This document shows positions 31,953 to 42,919 of a stretch of 64,000 bases of DNA, one piece after another (the first letter of the stretch is position 1; every line of letters begins with the position of its first letter). The stretch is from Escherichia phage vB_EcoM_G10400. The stretch is from the sequence record MK327937.1; one strand, 5' to 3'. The notes under the pieces were generated by a model. It was not told the DNA's origin, did no database searches, and was given only the letters and a program-made list of their open reading frames with translations. The position numbers and the translations under genes were made by a program.

Positions 31953-32455
31953 TTAAAAGTATTTTTTAAAACTCATCATAACTTTATCATCAACATCATT
32001 ATCAATCTGTGCTACAAGGTAAGATGACAGTTCTACTTCTTGCGGCGCGGATTGAACATTATCAGAATTAAGGTATTCACGAATCCAAGGATATGGATGT
32101 TTAACCGGAGCATCGGTAATTGGGCATGGAAGACCGCACTGTTTCATACGAGATACAGTTAAGTAATCAATAAAGCTCCACATGCTATTTGTATTTAATC
32201 CAGGAACATCGCCGTCTTTAAATAAATGAACTGCCCAATCTTTTTCTTGGCGGTTAACTTCCATGAAAATATCAACTGCTTCTTGTTCACACTCTTGAGC
32301 AATTTTAACCCATTCATCGCCGTCAGTGCCAAGTTGAAGTTGACGAATAATATATTGGGTGCCTTTAAGATGAAGCTGCTCATCACGTGCAATGAACTTC
32401 ATAATCTTGGCATTACCTTCCATGATTTCCATGTTCTTATGGAAGTTAAAGGTAC
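31953..32455 (-). CDS. nrdB: Ribonucleotide reductase small subunit NrdB, exon 2
   Basis: Encodes ...TFNFHKNMEIMEGNAKIM... to C-terminus; 3' splice site placed after intron terminal G (32456) so that exon junction reads GCG-UGU-ACC (A-C-T). Confidence 0.75.
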
Positions 32456-33545
32456 CGTATGTTCGATTGAGTTCGCTAATTCTCAACCCGTTCTCTTATG
32501 AACTGCTGCATGTTACCATGCAGTCCAGACTATATCACAATCCCGGAGGGATTCTCCCCATTTCGAGTCGCTTGACCCTACGTCCGAAGACTAGTCGTTG
32601 AACCTTGTTTTGCAATTGTCGCCGTGCCATCGTTTATATGTTGATGGTGATAAATCTTTCTTATCACAATATGGACAATTCAATTGAATTCTATTTGGAT
32701 TTAATTTACATCTGTCATTATGTTTTAGATAAAATCCAGGACCTTTACCAATGTGACCACAAAAATCACATGTGATTTCTTTTTGTGCAGGATGGGTCCC
32801 GTTCTTAACCATTTCTAATGTTTTTGCTGATGTTCTTTTCTTATGGTCTTCTGATAAGAAATGATGTGAACCGTCATTTACCCGTTTTGATTGAGTTTCT
32901 GACTGCATTTTACCACCGCAAAATACATGAGTACCTTCTTTTATAGCTGCAATATTGCGTTCTTTAACTTTTGCAATATGCTCAGCTTGTTGAAAATTAT
33001 GTATACCTAATGCAACTCTATTTAAATTAGATTTACGCTGTATTTCACCATCTAAAAGATGAAATGTACCATTTTCTATCTTAGATTTAATAGAGGCAAT
33101 ATTTTTAGCTCGTACTTCAGGGATATTAAAAATCTGGATTTCTCTAGATTTTGCGGCTTTAGAAGCTAATTCAGAAATTTCTTCAGGAGAATATTTCATT
33201 CTAAGCTTTATAGCATGACAAGCCTTGTAATCTTTTTGAGCTAAATGTATATCATAATGTTCCTGTATAGAAAGGCACATCAAATTATCTAAATCATTAT
33301 TTTCACGGTTACCGTCTTTATGATGGATTTCGTATGTTCTTCCATCAGAATCTTTAGGTATAGGTCCGTTAGCATCTATCCAAATTTTTCTATAGTTCAA
33401 TTGTGCATCCTCTTAAAAGTATAATCATATTTATATTATACTAATTAAAGGTGCAAGCAAAACCTTGGCTGCTAGTTTTCCTATAAAGGACTTTCCAGCA
33501 ATTAAAGGAGTTTTCGATAAACGTTACCGTTTAAAGGCGCATTTT
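32456..33545 (-). mobile_element. Group I self-splicing intron in nrdB (1090 nt) carrying I-TevIII
   Basis: Exon 1 ends in U, intron ends in G; 3' region shares conserved core (GAUAUAGUC...GCAUGG...CAUGCAG) with the td intron; splice junction restores NrdB frame. Confidence 0.75.
32591..33400 (-). CDS. HNH homing endonuclease I-TevIII (full length)
   Basis: 269 aa inside nrdB intron; EIHHKDGNRENNDLDNL HNH motif and C-terminal zinc-finger-like Cys pairs. Confidence 0.8.
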   Translation of the reverse strand: MNYRKIWIDANGPIPKDSDGRTYEIHHKDGNRENNDLDNLMCLSIQEHYDIHLAQKDYKACHAIKLRMKYSPEEISELASKAAKSREIQIFNIPEVRAKNIASIKSKIENGTFHLLDGEIQRKSNLNRVALGIHNFQQAEHIAKVKERNIAAIKEGTHVFCGGKMQSETQSKRVNDGSHHFLSEDHKKRTSAKTLEMVKNGTHPAQKEITCDFCGHIGKGPGFYLKHNDRCKLNPNRIQLNCPYCDKKDLSPSTYKRWHGDNCKTRFND

Positions 33546-34221
33546 ACGCAAAAGATACATAAAAACGAATAGCTTCTAAGGCATTAATAACGTGCAAACA
33601 GAGGTAAAGAGATTTCATTAAAGCACGTTTAGCTTCGGCTTCTTGTTTAATAGCTCGGTTTAAACGAAAGACGGCATCAGGAGATTCTTTAGCTAGTTCT
33701 ACAAATTCTTTAGCATTTTCCCATTCACGAGTTTTAATCAGAACATCATCATAATAACGTCCAATGGATTCAGCACGTTTCATAATAGCTTCATCTAATA
33801 CAATCTCATCAAATACCTTTGACGGATCAGTATAAAGATTTCGCATGATATGAGTATATGAACGACTATGAATAGTTTCACTAAAAGTCCATGTAGCAAC
33901 CCATGTATCAAGGCTTGGGTCTGAAATTAATGACATAAGTACAGCAGATGGCGCACGACCCTGAATGCTATCCAAAAGTGATTGATACTTCAGGTTATTA
34001 GTAAAAATATCTTGCTGATATTGAGGAAGCTTGTTAAATTGTGCAGCATCCATCATCAAGTTTACTTCTTCAGGACGCCAGAAAAATGACAATTGCTTTT
34101 CGGTTAAATCTTCAAAAACTTTATGGCGTTGAATATCATAACGCGCAATACCAAGACCTGAACCAAAAAACATAGGTTCTTTTAAAACATCAACTGGATT
34201 TGTATTAAAAACTGTGCTCAT
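33546..34221 (-). CDS. nrdB: Ribonucleotide reductase small subunit NrdB, exon 1
   Basis: MSTVFNTNPVDVL... through ...EAIRFYVSFA; class I R2 ferritin-like fold residues. Confidence 0.8.
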
Positions 34222-34272
34222 AAATTTTCCGCTTAGTTAATAGTTGGTGACTCGTCCGTGAGTCAAATTATA

Positions 34273-36537
34273 TCATAATTTACAGGATGAACAATCTTCA
34301 GCTTTTGGAGTTTCTATTTCATAATCATCAGTACCAGAACCATCGCGGGTATTATGATAATAGAAATTTTTAATGCCATAATACCATCCGTATAGCATAT
34401 CATCAATCATTATTGACATTGGAACCTTTCCTTTTGGAAAAATCTGCGGGTCATAATATGTATTCGCTGAAGCTGATTGACATACCCATTTCAGCATAAT
34501 AGCTACCTGCGTAAGATAAGGTTTATTACCTTTCTTAGCTAATTTCCATGTATAATCATATAGGTCTATGTTATGTTCAATATTGGGCACGACTTGATTA
34601 AAGGAACCCTCTTTTGATTCTTTAACAGAGACTGGTCCACGTGGAGGCTCGATACCGTTTGTACTGTTAGAAACTTGGGAAGATGACTCACATGGCATAA
34701 GTGCTGATAGTGTGCTATTACGGATGCCAAAGAGCTTAAGGTCTTCCCGCAGCGACGACCAGTCACAAACGTATTTTGGAGCTGCGATTTGGTCAATCTT
34801 TTTATTGTACCAGTCGATAGGTAATTCGCCTCGAGACCAACGAGTGTCTGAATAATATTCACAAGGTCCTTTTTCTTTGGCGAGTTTAATGGATGCTTTA
34901 ATGAGTCCATACTGTAATCTCTCAAATAGTTCATGTGTTAAATCGTTAGCATCTTCATAAGAAGCAAAGTTACTTGCCAACCAAGCTGCATAGTTAGTAA
35001 CACCTACACCGAGGTTACGACGCTTTTTAGCTTTTTCTGCTTCAGGAACTGGATATCCTTGGTAATCCAAAAGATTATCAAGAGCACGAACCTGGACTTC
35101 TGCCAATTCATTAATTTTATCTTGGTCTTGCCAGTCAAAATTATCCAGTACGAATGCAGAGAGAGTACACAATCCAATTTCAGCATCAGGACTATTCACA
35201 TCATTTGTTGGAATAGCAATTTCACAGCACAAGTTACTCTGACGAATAGGTGCCTTTTCACGAATAAACGGAGTATAGTTATTCGTATTATCAATGAACT
35301 GTACATAAATCCTTGCTGTTCCTGAGCGTTCAGTCATGAGCAATTCAAATAGTTCACGAGCTTTAATACGCTTTTTACGAATATTAGGGTCTTTTTCTGC
35401 TGCTTCGTACAATTCACGGAAACGGTCTTGGTCTTTAAAATAAGAATAATAAAGTTCGCCACCCATTTCATGCGGACTAAACAAAGTAATGTAATCGTTC
35501 TTTCCGAATCGTTCCATCATTAGGTCATTCAGCTGGACGCCATAATCCATATGACGGATACGGTTTTCTTCTACACCTTTGTTATTTTTCAAAACGAGAA
35601 GATTTTCAACTTCCAAATGCCAAATAGGATAATAAGCAGTAGCAGCGCCGCCACGAATTCCACCCTGTGAGCATGATTTAACTGCAGTCTGAAAATGTTT
35701 CCAAAAAGGAATAACACCGGTATGGCGTACTTCACCCATGCCAATCTTAGAACCTTCGGCACGAATCATACCAACGTTAATACCAATTCCAGCGCGTTTA
35801 GAGATATATTCAACAATCGAAGCGGAAGCCTTATTGATAGACTTCAGCGAATCACCTGCCTCAATAACAACACATGAACTAAACTGTCGAGTCGGAGTAC
35901 GACAACCAGCCATAATAGGAGTTGGTAATGAAATCTGTCGAGTAGATACTGCTTCATAAAAACGAATAACATGTTTTAATCTATCAACAGGTTCATCTTG
36001 ATGCAATGCCATTCCAATAGTCATAAATGCAAACTGCGGAGTTTCATAAATTTGACCAGTGGTTTTATCTTTAACTAAATATTTTTCTTTTAATTGCATC
36101 GCCCCGGAATAAGTAAATTCCATATCCCGCTCGTGCTTAATTTTTGATTCTAAAAATGTAATTTCTTCTGCTGAATATTTTGACAACAATTCAGGGTCAT
36201 ATTTACCTGCATTTACACAGTAAGAAATATGGTCAATAAATGAACGTGGTTCATACTGCCCATAAACATGCTTACGAAGAGCAAACATTAAACAGCGTGC
36301 AGCTACATATTGATAATCAGGTTCTTCAACCGAAATAGAATTCGCAGCAGCCTTAATGACAATAGTCTGAATATCATCAGTTGTCATTCCATCACGGAGA
36401 TATGATTTAATATTTTCATATAATTCATAAGGATCTACTGATGTTCCCTCAGATGCCCAAGATAAAACTTTAATAATTTTTTGCGGGTCAAAGCTCTGAG
36501 AAACACCACTACTTTTGATAACATTAATTAATTGCAT
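34273..36537 (-). CDS. nrdA: Ribonucleotide reductase large subunit NrdA
   Basis: 754 aa; ATP-cone N-terminus and class I RNR catalytic motifs (NLCCEI). Confidence 0.9.
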   Translation of the reverse strand: MQLINVIKSSGVSQSFDPQKIIKVLSWASEGTSVDPYELYENIKSYLRDGMTTDDIQTIVIKAAANSISVEEPDYQYVAARCLMFALRKHVYGQYEPRSFIDHISYCVNAGKYDPELLSKYSAEEITFLESKIKHERDMEFTYSGAMQLKEKYLVKDKTTGQIYETPQFAFMTIGMALHQDEPVDRLKHVIRFYEAVSTRQISLPTPIMAGCRTPTRQFSSCVVIEAGDSLKSINKASASIVEYISKRAGIGINVGMIRAEGSKIGMGEVRHTGVIPFWKHFQTAVKSCSQGGIRGGAATAYYPIWHLEVENLLVLKNNKGVEENRIRHMDYGVQLNDLMMERFGKNDYITLFSPHEMGGELYYSYFKDQDRFRELYEAAEKDPNIRKKRIKARELFELLMTERSGTARIYVQFIDNTNNYTPFIREKAPIRQSNLCCEIAIPTNDVNSPDAEIGLCTLSAFVLDNFDWQDQDKINELAEVQVRALDNLLDYQGYPVPEAEKAKKRRNLGVGVTNYAAWLASNFASYEDANDLTHELFERLQYGLIKASIKLAKEKGPCEYYSDTRWSRGELPIDWYNKKIDQIAAPKYVCDWSSLREDLKLFGIRNSTLSALMPCESSSQVSNSTNGIEPPRGPVSVKESKEGSFNQVVPNIEHNIDLYDYTWKLAKKGNKPYLTQVAIMLKWVCQSASANTYYDPQIFPKGKVPMSIMIDDMLYGWYYGIKNFYYHNTRDGSGTDDYEIETPKAEDCSSCKL

Positions 36538-36854
36538 AAGTCCTCAACTTGAAAATCGTCTTTAAACAATCGGTTAACTATATGAGCTATTATATCACCA
36601 TGACACGGCTTTGGTTTACATGTGCATCCTAGCCTCATTCCACGTAAAGGCTCTAAATGTGCTTTAGTTATTTCTCCGGATTTAATTCGACGTATAAAAT
36701 CTTTTTTGAATAATTCAATGGCAGCCTCCCGGCTGCCAGCATCTTTACCGACGTAATTTCCCCAAAATGTACCACGGTGAATATTAACATCAAAGTCGGA
36801 TTTATATTTATTCACTACCTGGCATAGACGGCCCGCGCGGTGATAATTCGTCAT
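36528..36854 (-). CDS. Hypothetical protein (nrdA.1-like)
   Basis: 108-aa ORF. Confidence 0.5.
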   Translation of the reverse strand: MTNYHRAGRLCQVVNKYKSDFDVNIHRGTFWGNYVGKDAGSREAAIELFKKDFIRRIKSGEITKAHLEPLRGMRLGCTCKPKPCHGDIIAHIVNRLFKDDFQVEDLCN

Positions 36855-37071
36855 ATTGTTTTTCCGTTAAAACAGTAATATCATAGTAACAATCAGAAGA
36901 AGTTTTAACTGTAGAAATTTTATTATCAAAATACTCACGAGTCATTTTATGAGTATAATATTTTTTGCCATAAATGATAATAGGCTGATTTGGTCCTGGA
37001 ACTTCTAACTCACTTGGGTTAGGAAGTGTAAAAAGAACTACACCAGAAGTATCTTTAAATCGTAAAATCAT
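36808..37071 (-). CDS. Hypothetical protein (nrdA.2-like)
   Basis: 87-aa ORF. Confidence 0.45.
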   Translation of the reverse strand: MILRFKDTSGVVLFTLPNPSELEVPGPNQPIIIYGKKYYTHKMTREYFDNKISTVKTSSDCYYDITVLTEKQYDELSPRGPSMPGSE

Positions 37072-37094
37072 AAATCCTCACAATTAAATTAAAA

Positions 37095-37406
37095 TTACAC
37101 CGCCATTTTTCCTTTCAAGACGCCGTGGGGCTGATAATCTTTGAGAACGAAATCTTTAGGCCTGAGTTTAAGAATGTATTCCAATTGTTCTTTAGTAGAA
37201 AGATAGCGGAATTTATAAGGCAATCCGCCTATTACCAGTTCACAAAGCTCTTTAGGTTCACGACGCAAAATTTCTTTACATTGTTCTACGTGATTCATAT
37301 AGATATGAGTATTACCACCGGAAAATATCAAATCTCCCGGAATAAGATTACACATCTTAGCTACAATATGAACTAACGTAGCATATGATGCAATATTAAA
37401 TGGAAG
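37095..37406 (-). CDS. td: Thymidylate synthase, exon 2
   Basis: Encodes LPFNIASYATLVHIVAKM... C-terminal TS segment; ATG at 37407-37409 in ORF track is the intron 3' end (AUAAUG). Confidence 0.9.
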   Translation of the reverse strand, partial: LPFNIASYATLVHIVAKMCNLIPGDLIFSGGNTHIYMNHVEQCKEILRREPKELCELVIGGLPYKFRYLSTKEQLEYILKLRPKDFVLKDYQPHGVLKGKMAV

Positions 37407-38422
37407 CATTATGTTCAGATAAGGTCGTTAATCTTACCCCGGAATTATATCCAGCTGCATGTCACCATGCAGATCAGACTATATCTCCAACTTGTTAAAG
37501 CAAGTTGTCTATCGTTTCGAGTCACTTGACCCTACTCCCCAAAGGGATAGTCGTTAGGCATTTATGTAGAACCAATTCCATTTATCAGATTTTACACGAT
37601 AAGTAACTAATCCAGACGAAATTTTAAAATGTCTAGTTGCATCTGCTGCACAATCAAAAATAACCCCATCACATGAAATCTTTTTAATATTACTAGGCTT
37701 TTTACCTTTCATCTTTTCTGATATTTTAGATTTAGTTATGTCTGAATGCTTATGATTAAAGAATGAATTATTTTCACCTGAACGATTTCTGCATTTACTA
37801 CAAGTATAAGCAGAAGTTTGTATGCGAACACCGCACTTACAAAACTTATGGGTTTCTGGATTCCAACGCCCGTTTTTACTTCCGGGTTTACTGTAAAGAG
37901 CTTTCCGACCATCAGGTCCAAGTTTAAGCATCTTAGCTTTAACAGTTTCAGAACGTTTCTTAATAATTTCTTCTTTTAATGGATGCGTAGAACATGTATC
38001 ACCAAACGTTGCATCAGCAATATTGTATCCATTAATTTTAGAATTAAGCTCTTTAATCCAAAAATTTTCTCGTTCAATAATCAAATCTTTCTCATATGGA
38101 ATTTCTTCCAAAATAGAACATTCAAACACATTACCATGTTTGTTAAAAGACCTCTGAAGCTTTATAGAAGAATGGCATCCTTTTTCTAAATCTTTAAAAT
38201 GCCTCTTCCATCTCTTTTCAAAATCTTTAGCACTTCCTACATATACTTTATTGTTTAAAGTATTTTTAATCTGATAAATTCCGCTTTTCATAAATACCTC
38301 TTTAAATATAGAAGTATTTATTAAAGGGCAGTCCTACAATTTAGCACGGGATTGTCTACTAGAGAGGTTCCCCGTTTAGATAGATTACAAGTATAAGTCA
38401 CCTTATACTCAGGCCTCAATTA
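37407..38422 (-). mobile_element. td group I intron (1016 nt) carrying I-TevI
   Basis: 5' end UAAUUGAGGCCUGAGUAUAAGGUGACUUAUAC... and 3' end ...GAACAUAAUG match the T4 td intron as I recall; exon 1 ends GGU. Confidence 0.9.
37554..38291 (-). CDS. GIY-YIG homing endonuclease I-TevI
   Basis: 245 aa; MKSGIYQIKNTLNNKVYVGSAKDFEKRWKRH GIY-YIG domain; C-terminal DNA-binding region with zinc finger. Confidence 0.9.
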   Translation of the reverse strand: MKSGIYQIKNTLNNKVYVGSAKDFEKRWKRHFKDLEKGCHSSIKLQRSFNKHGNVFECSILEEIPYEKDLIIERENFWIKELNSKINGYNIADATFGDTCSTHPLKEEIIKKRSETVKAKMLKLGPDGRKALYSKPGSKNGRWNPETHKFCKCGVRIQTSAYTCSKCRNRSGENNSFFNHKHSDITKSKISEKMKGKKPSNIKKISCDGVIFDCAADATRHFKISSGLVTYRVKSDKWNWFYINA

Positions 38423-38971
38423 ACCCAAGAAAACATCTACTGATCGTTGATACCACTGCAAATCCAAATAGCCATTACGCACATTAAACTGATAGAACAT
38501 ATGACAAGGCGGTAATGCCATTTGCTTAAGTTCTGCCGGATTCCATGCTGAAACAATTTGACGCCTATCATTTGGCAGTTTTTTAATACGATCAATAACT
38601 TCTATAATTTGGTCTACACCGCCAAAATCACGCCATTGTTTTCCATAAATTGGACCAAGTTCACCGCTATGGTATCCTAAATCTTTTGCTTGATTTTCGT
38701 AATTTTCATCCCAGACTGTTTTGCCTTGAATTAATGAATTATGTTGAATTAATCGCAAATCATTTACGTTAGTACTTCCTGATAAGAACCACAATAACTC
38801 AGAAATACATGCATTCCAGGCGAGCTTCTTAGTTGTTACTGCAGGAAAACCTTTAGTTAAATCCCAGCGTAATTTAGTACCGAACAAAGCAATTGTTCCT
38901 GTGCCCGTTCGGTCATCAGTTTCATAACCATTTTCAAAAATGTCTTTAATTAAATCTTGGTATTGTTTCAT
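38423..38971 (-). CDS. td: Thymidylate synthase, exon 1
   Basis: MKQYQDLIKDIFENGYETDDRTGTGT... through ...DVFLG; catalytic PPCH motif present. Confidence 0.9.
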
Positions 38972-39016
38972 TTAGTACCTTATATAAATTATAATACATT
39001 TTATGAAGCTAAATAA

Positions 39017-39376
39017 TCAATACGGTTTAGCATCAAATTTTCTCTCAATTTCAGGCGTGAAATATAATTCTTTACCGCGTTTGGAAAAGCGACCAATAAT
39101 ATGATAATTATTCTCATCAAACGTGATATTACCAATATCCATAGCTTTCAACCAAATATCGATATTTCTATCCAGCTTTATGTCAAAATTCCAATACGGA
39201 GAACTATTACCGAAAATACTGCAAGCGGATTCAGTGAAACAACTGCTATAAATCTTGTCTTTAGGAACTACTAATTGATAGACACCTTTAATAAACTGAG
39301 GACCCTGCCACTTTGGCTGTTTCGCGTCTTCTTCTAATAGAATAGGGTAATAATTAAAATTCATATTTTCCGCCAC
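39017..39376 (-). CDS. Hypothetical protein between td and frd
   Basis: 119-aa ORF. Confidence 0.5.
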   Translation of the reverse strand: MAENMNFNYYPILLEEDAKQPKWQGPQFIKGVYQLVVPKDKIYSSCFTESACSIFGNSSPYWNFDIKLDRNIDIWLKAMDIGNITFDENNYHIIGRFSKRGKELYFTPEIERKFDAKPY

Positions 39377-39384
39377 GTGTTATT

Positions 39385-40211
<827 letters not shown>

Positions 40212-40222
40212 ATTATCTCCTA

Positions 40223-40555
40223 TTAAAAAGGATCAGGAATATATCCGCTAGCTTTAATCATTTTAATTAACGTTAGCATTCCTTTATTAACCGCTCGTGA
40301 GATTTCATCAAAAACTTCATCACTAAAAAGTTCTAACACACCCTTCTGAACTTTTAATTTACAGCCAACAATTTCGTCATCGCCTATAGTAAATTCATTA
40401 CCACCAATTCCTCCGAAAAACTTAATTACACCAGTTAACTGTCTTCCACGAGAATATGGGTCGTGTGATAAATTAATATGAGTCACCCCGGGTACAGTTT
40501 TAAATTGGCAGCGAATGTTTACTTGGGAAATTCCAGTTACATGAATATCAGACAT
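40223..40555 (-). CDS. Hypothetical protein (frd.2-like)
   Basis: 110-aa ORF. Confidence 0.5.
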   Translation of the reverse strand: MSDIHVTGISQVNIRCQFKTVPGVTHINLSHDPYSRGRQLTGVIKFFGGIGGNEFTIGDDEIVGCKLKVQKGVLELFSDEVFDEISRAVNKGMLTLIKMIKASGYIPDPF

Positions 40556-40565
40556 AATATTTTCC

Positions 40566-40808
40566 TCAAACAGACTTTTTCACAATTTTCCAATCAGCTT
40601 TAAACTGTTCAACGTCAGAATGGTAAATCCAGAATCCTGCGCTTTCTCCATCCTCATAAAGAGGGCATCCATCACATTCATCTTCCCATCCCATATCACG
40701 CAAAAGACGTTCAGCTTTTTCAACAAGTTCAGAATCTTTACCAATAATATTAAAATACCATTTACCTCTAACTTCTGAATCTTTGATACTCTGACGTTGT
40801 AATCTCAT
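40566..40808 (-). CDS. Hypothetical protein
   Basis: 80 aa from MRLQRQ with AAGGAGAA SD; longer ORF-track version would overlap the promoter element. Confidence 0.5.
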   Translation of the reverse strand: MRLQRQSIKDSEVRGKWYFNIIGKDSELVEKAERLLRDMGWEDECDGCPLYEDGESAGFWIYHSDVEQFKADWKIVKKSV

Positions 40809-40833
40809 TTTATTCTCCTTAGTTGATAAGGCT

Positions 40834-40863
40834 ATAGTATCACTACCATAGCCTGTTGTAAAC
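40834..40863 (-). promoter_or_regulatory. Candidate early promoter (GTTTAC, 18-nt spacer, TACTAT)
   Basis: Minus-strand GTTTAC 40858-40863 and TACTAT 40834-40839; member of repeated promoter family. Confidence 0.45.
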
Positions 40864-40865
40864 AA

Positions 40866-41159
40866 TTATTTTTGAATTTTATCGAGCCACTTACCAAGCT
40901 TAATCATTTCTTTAGTAGCCTTTTCCATACTTCTGAACTTAACCAATAGAGGATAGGTATCGACACCCATAACTAAACTGGTTACAAGACTGTGTTCACC
41001 CACAAGCCATAACGAATACGTTTGAATATCGAGCCCGTAATTTCTGTCTTTGTGGACCCGTACACCTATCACTTCAAATTTCTCACTAGCTTTTTCTACC
41101 GCATCCAGGAAATCATCTTTAGTCATATTAGGCCTTAAAAGTTTTTCGCAAAAGTTCAA
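40866..41159 (-). CDS. Hypothetical protein
   Basis: 97-aa ORF. Confidence 0.45.
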   Translation of the reverse strand: MNFCEKLLRPNMTKDDFLDAVEKASEKFEVIGVRVHKDRNYGLDIQTYSLWLVGEHSLVTSLVMGVDTYPLLVKFRSMEKATKEMIKLGKWLDKIQK

Positions 41160-41550
41160 TGATTTCGTCTACATTGTTTTCATCTACAATGCAGTGAATT
41201 TTTGTTACGCCAGAAACCTTGTCTTTGACTTCATCTTCTTCAGAAGTCGGTTCTTTATACTCGCGAAAACAATGAAATTCGTCTTCACAAACGTTAAAGT
41301 AAAAATGCTTTCCATTTGCGCATTCAATGTGTTTTATTACTCTAAATCCATCAACAAAGAAAGCTTCTTTAACTTCAAACCATCCGCCGTTTTCTTGAAT
41401 AATTTTAACTATTGATGAATTAGAACGTGGGCGATAATTAATAAATGTATCAATAAGTCTTGGAACAAGCTCATACTTTTTGCCGATATACATTACGGTT
41501 TCCTCATTTTGATAGGGGCTTGATAGAGCCCCTTGATAATTATTGTTCAA
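41128..41550 (-). CDS. Hypothetical protein
   Basis: 140-aa ORF. Confidence 0.5.
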   Translation of the reverse strand: MNNNYQGALSSPYQNEETVMYIGKKYELVPRLIDTFINYRPRSNSSIVKIIQENGGWFEVKEAFFVDGFRVIKHIECANGKHFYFNVCEDEFHCFREYKEPTSEEDEVKDKVSGVTKIHCIVDENNVDEIIELLRKTFKA

Positions 41551-41767
41551 TCAGTCCCATGTAAAATTCTGCGTCTTCAGAATCCATGCCATCACAATAT
41601 TCATTAGCCATAAAGCGGGTGAGGTCTTCAAGAGGACCTTCAATAACGATTTGAATACTCCAAAACTTAGAATCTTGTACGCTTGTGATACTAAGTTCAG
41701 GATAACGATTACGAATAATTTCTTCAATATATTCAAAATCAACGATGTCAATATCAACTTTAGCCAT
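41540..41767 (-). CDS. Hypothetical acidic small protein
   Basis: 75 aa from MAKVDIDIV with AAGAGGA SD; ORF-track start 41830 would include the promoter -10. Confidence 0.5.
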   Translation of the reverse strand: MAKVDIDIVDFEYIEEIIRNRYPELSITSVQDSKFWSIQIVIEGPLEDLTRFMANEYCDGMDSEDAEFYMGLIEQ

Positions 41768-41810
41768 ATTATTTTCCTCTTTAATTATCAGCAGTATTGC
41801 CGATAGTTGT

Positions 41811-41840
41811 ATAGTACCATGGAAGGACAAGGATGTAAAC
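41811..41840 (-). promoter_or_regulatory. Candidate early promoter (GTTTAC, 18-nt spacer, TACTAT)
   Basis: Minus-strand GTTTAC 41835-41840, extended TG, TACTAT 41811-41816; conserved flanks shared with elements near 58500, 61640, 62150. Confidence 0.5.
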
Positions 41841-41859
41841 CGTTTTGTGAAAAATTTTT

Positions 41860-41889
41860 AAAATAAAAAAGGGGACCCTAGAGGTCCCC
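41860..41889 (-). terminator. Intrinsic terminator downstream of gene 32
   Basis: GGGGACC-CTAGA-GGTCCCC hairpin followed on minus strand by U-run. Confidence 0.6.
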
Positions 41890-41911
41890 AATTAATTAGT
41901 AATATAATCTA

Positions 41912-42820
41912 TTAAAGGTCATTCAAAAGGTCATCCAGGTCCGTGTCATCAGCACTAGATGAACTGCCAGAGCTTGAGCTCATAAAATCATCTTCAGTTT
42001 TTGTATTGAAGTCATCAACATTGAATGCATCCAAATCATCAGCAACTTTATCAGCTTTCTTAGCAGCAGTTGCAGCGGCACCGCCCATCACAGCAGTTCC
42101 CATAACTTGACCGAATTTAGTGCTCAGTTCTTCAAATGATTTGAATTTATCTTTAGAAGTCATTTCAGAAAGGTCAACCATTTGTTCGAACAGTTCTTTC
42201 TGAAAAGATTCATCATCAATGTTTGGAATCGCAGATTGATTCAGGAATTTAGATTCATCGTAGTTACTAAATCCAGAAACCTGTTTAACTTTCAGTACAA
42301 AGTTAGCACCTTCCCACGGACAAGTTACATCAACCGGAGTTTCACCCATTTCAACATCAACTGCAATCATTGCATTGATTTTATCCCAGATTTTCTTACC
42401 GAAACGGTATTTAAATACTTTACCTTCATTTTCTGGAGCAGCTGGGTCTTTTACAACAAGAATGTTAGCCCAGTAAGAAGTTTTACGTTTAACAAGACTG
42501 TACTCTTTATTGTCAGTGTTGTACAGATCATTTTTACTGATGTATTGACATACTGGGCAAGAATCGTAATCACCGTGGGTAGATGAACAGTTTTCAATAT
42601 ACCATTTACCATTTTTCTTGAAACCGTGATTTACAAGAATTGCGAATGGTGCTTGTTCATCATTTTTAGACGGAAGAAAACGAATTACTGCTTGACCGTT
42701 ACCCGCATTGTCGAGTTTCAGTTTCCACTCGCCTTTATCTTCAGAAGAAAAACCACCTTTATTTCCAGCCAGTTTAGCCATTTGCGCAGCGAGTTCAGCA
42801 GTAGATTTACGTTTAAACAT
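41912..42820 (-). CDS. 32: Single-stranded DNA-binding protein gp32
   Basis: About 301 aa; [17 protein letters not shown]... and acidic C-terminal tail ...[15 protein letters not shown] as in T4 gp32. Confidence 0.95.
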   Translation of the reverse strand: MFKRKSTAELAAQMAKLAGNKGGFSSEDKGEWKLKLDNAGNGQAVIRFLPSKNDEQAPFAILVNHGFKKNGKWYIENCSSTHGDYDSCPVCQYISKNDLYNTDNKEYSLVKRKTSYWANILVVKDPAAPENEGKVFKYRFGKKIWDKINAMIAVDVEMGETPVDVTCPWEGANFVLKVKQVSGFSNYDESKFLNQSAIPNIDDESFQKELFEQMVDLSEMTSKDKFKSFEELSTKFGQVMGTAVMGGAAATAAKKADKVADDLDAFNVDDFNTKTEDDFMSSSSGSSSSADDTDLDDLLNDL

Positions 42821-42895
42821 TTTTATTTCCTTTTTAATTTAATTAACAGTTGGTGCTATGACGATGTATGACCTCATAGCTGGTCAATGAGATAA
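42821..42895 (-). promoter_or_regulatory. Gene 32 translational operator (5' leader pseudoknot plus A/U-rich gp32 binding tract)
   Basis: Leader reads ...AGCUAUGAGGUCAUACAUCGUCAUAGCAC... followed by UUAAUUAAAUUAAAAAGGAAAUAAAAAUG, matching the autoregulatory leader as I recall it. Confidence 0.55.
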
Positions 42896-42919
42896 TTATA
42901 ATCTATTTATAATAAGCAA

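Noticed and set aside
32486-37409. ORF-track start codons for nrdB exon 2 (32486) and td exon 2 (37409)
   Set aside because: These are intron-internal codons (TTG, and the intron-terminal AUG respectively); the coding sequence is joined by splicing, not initiated here.
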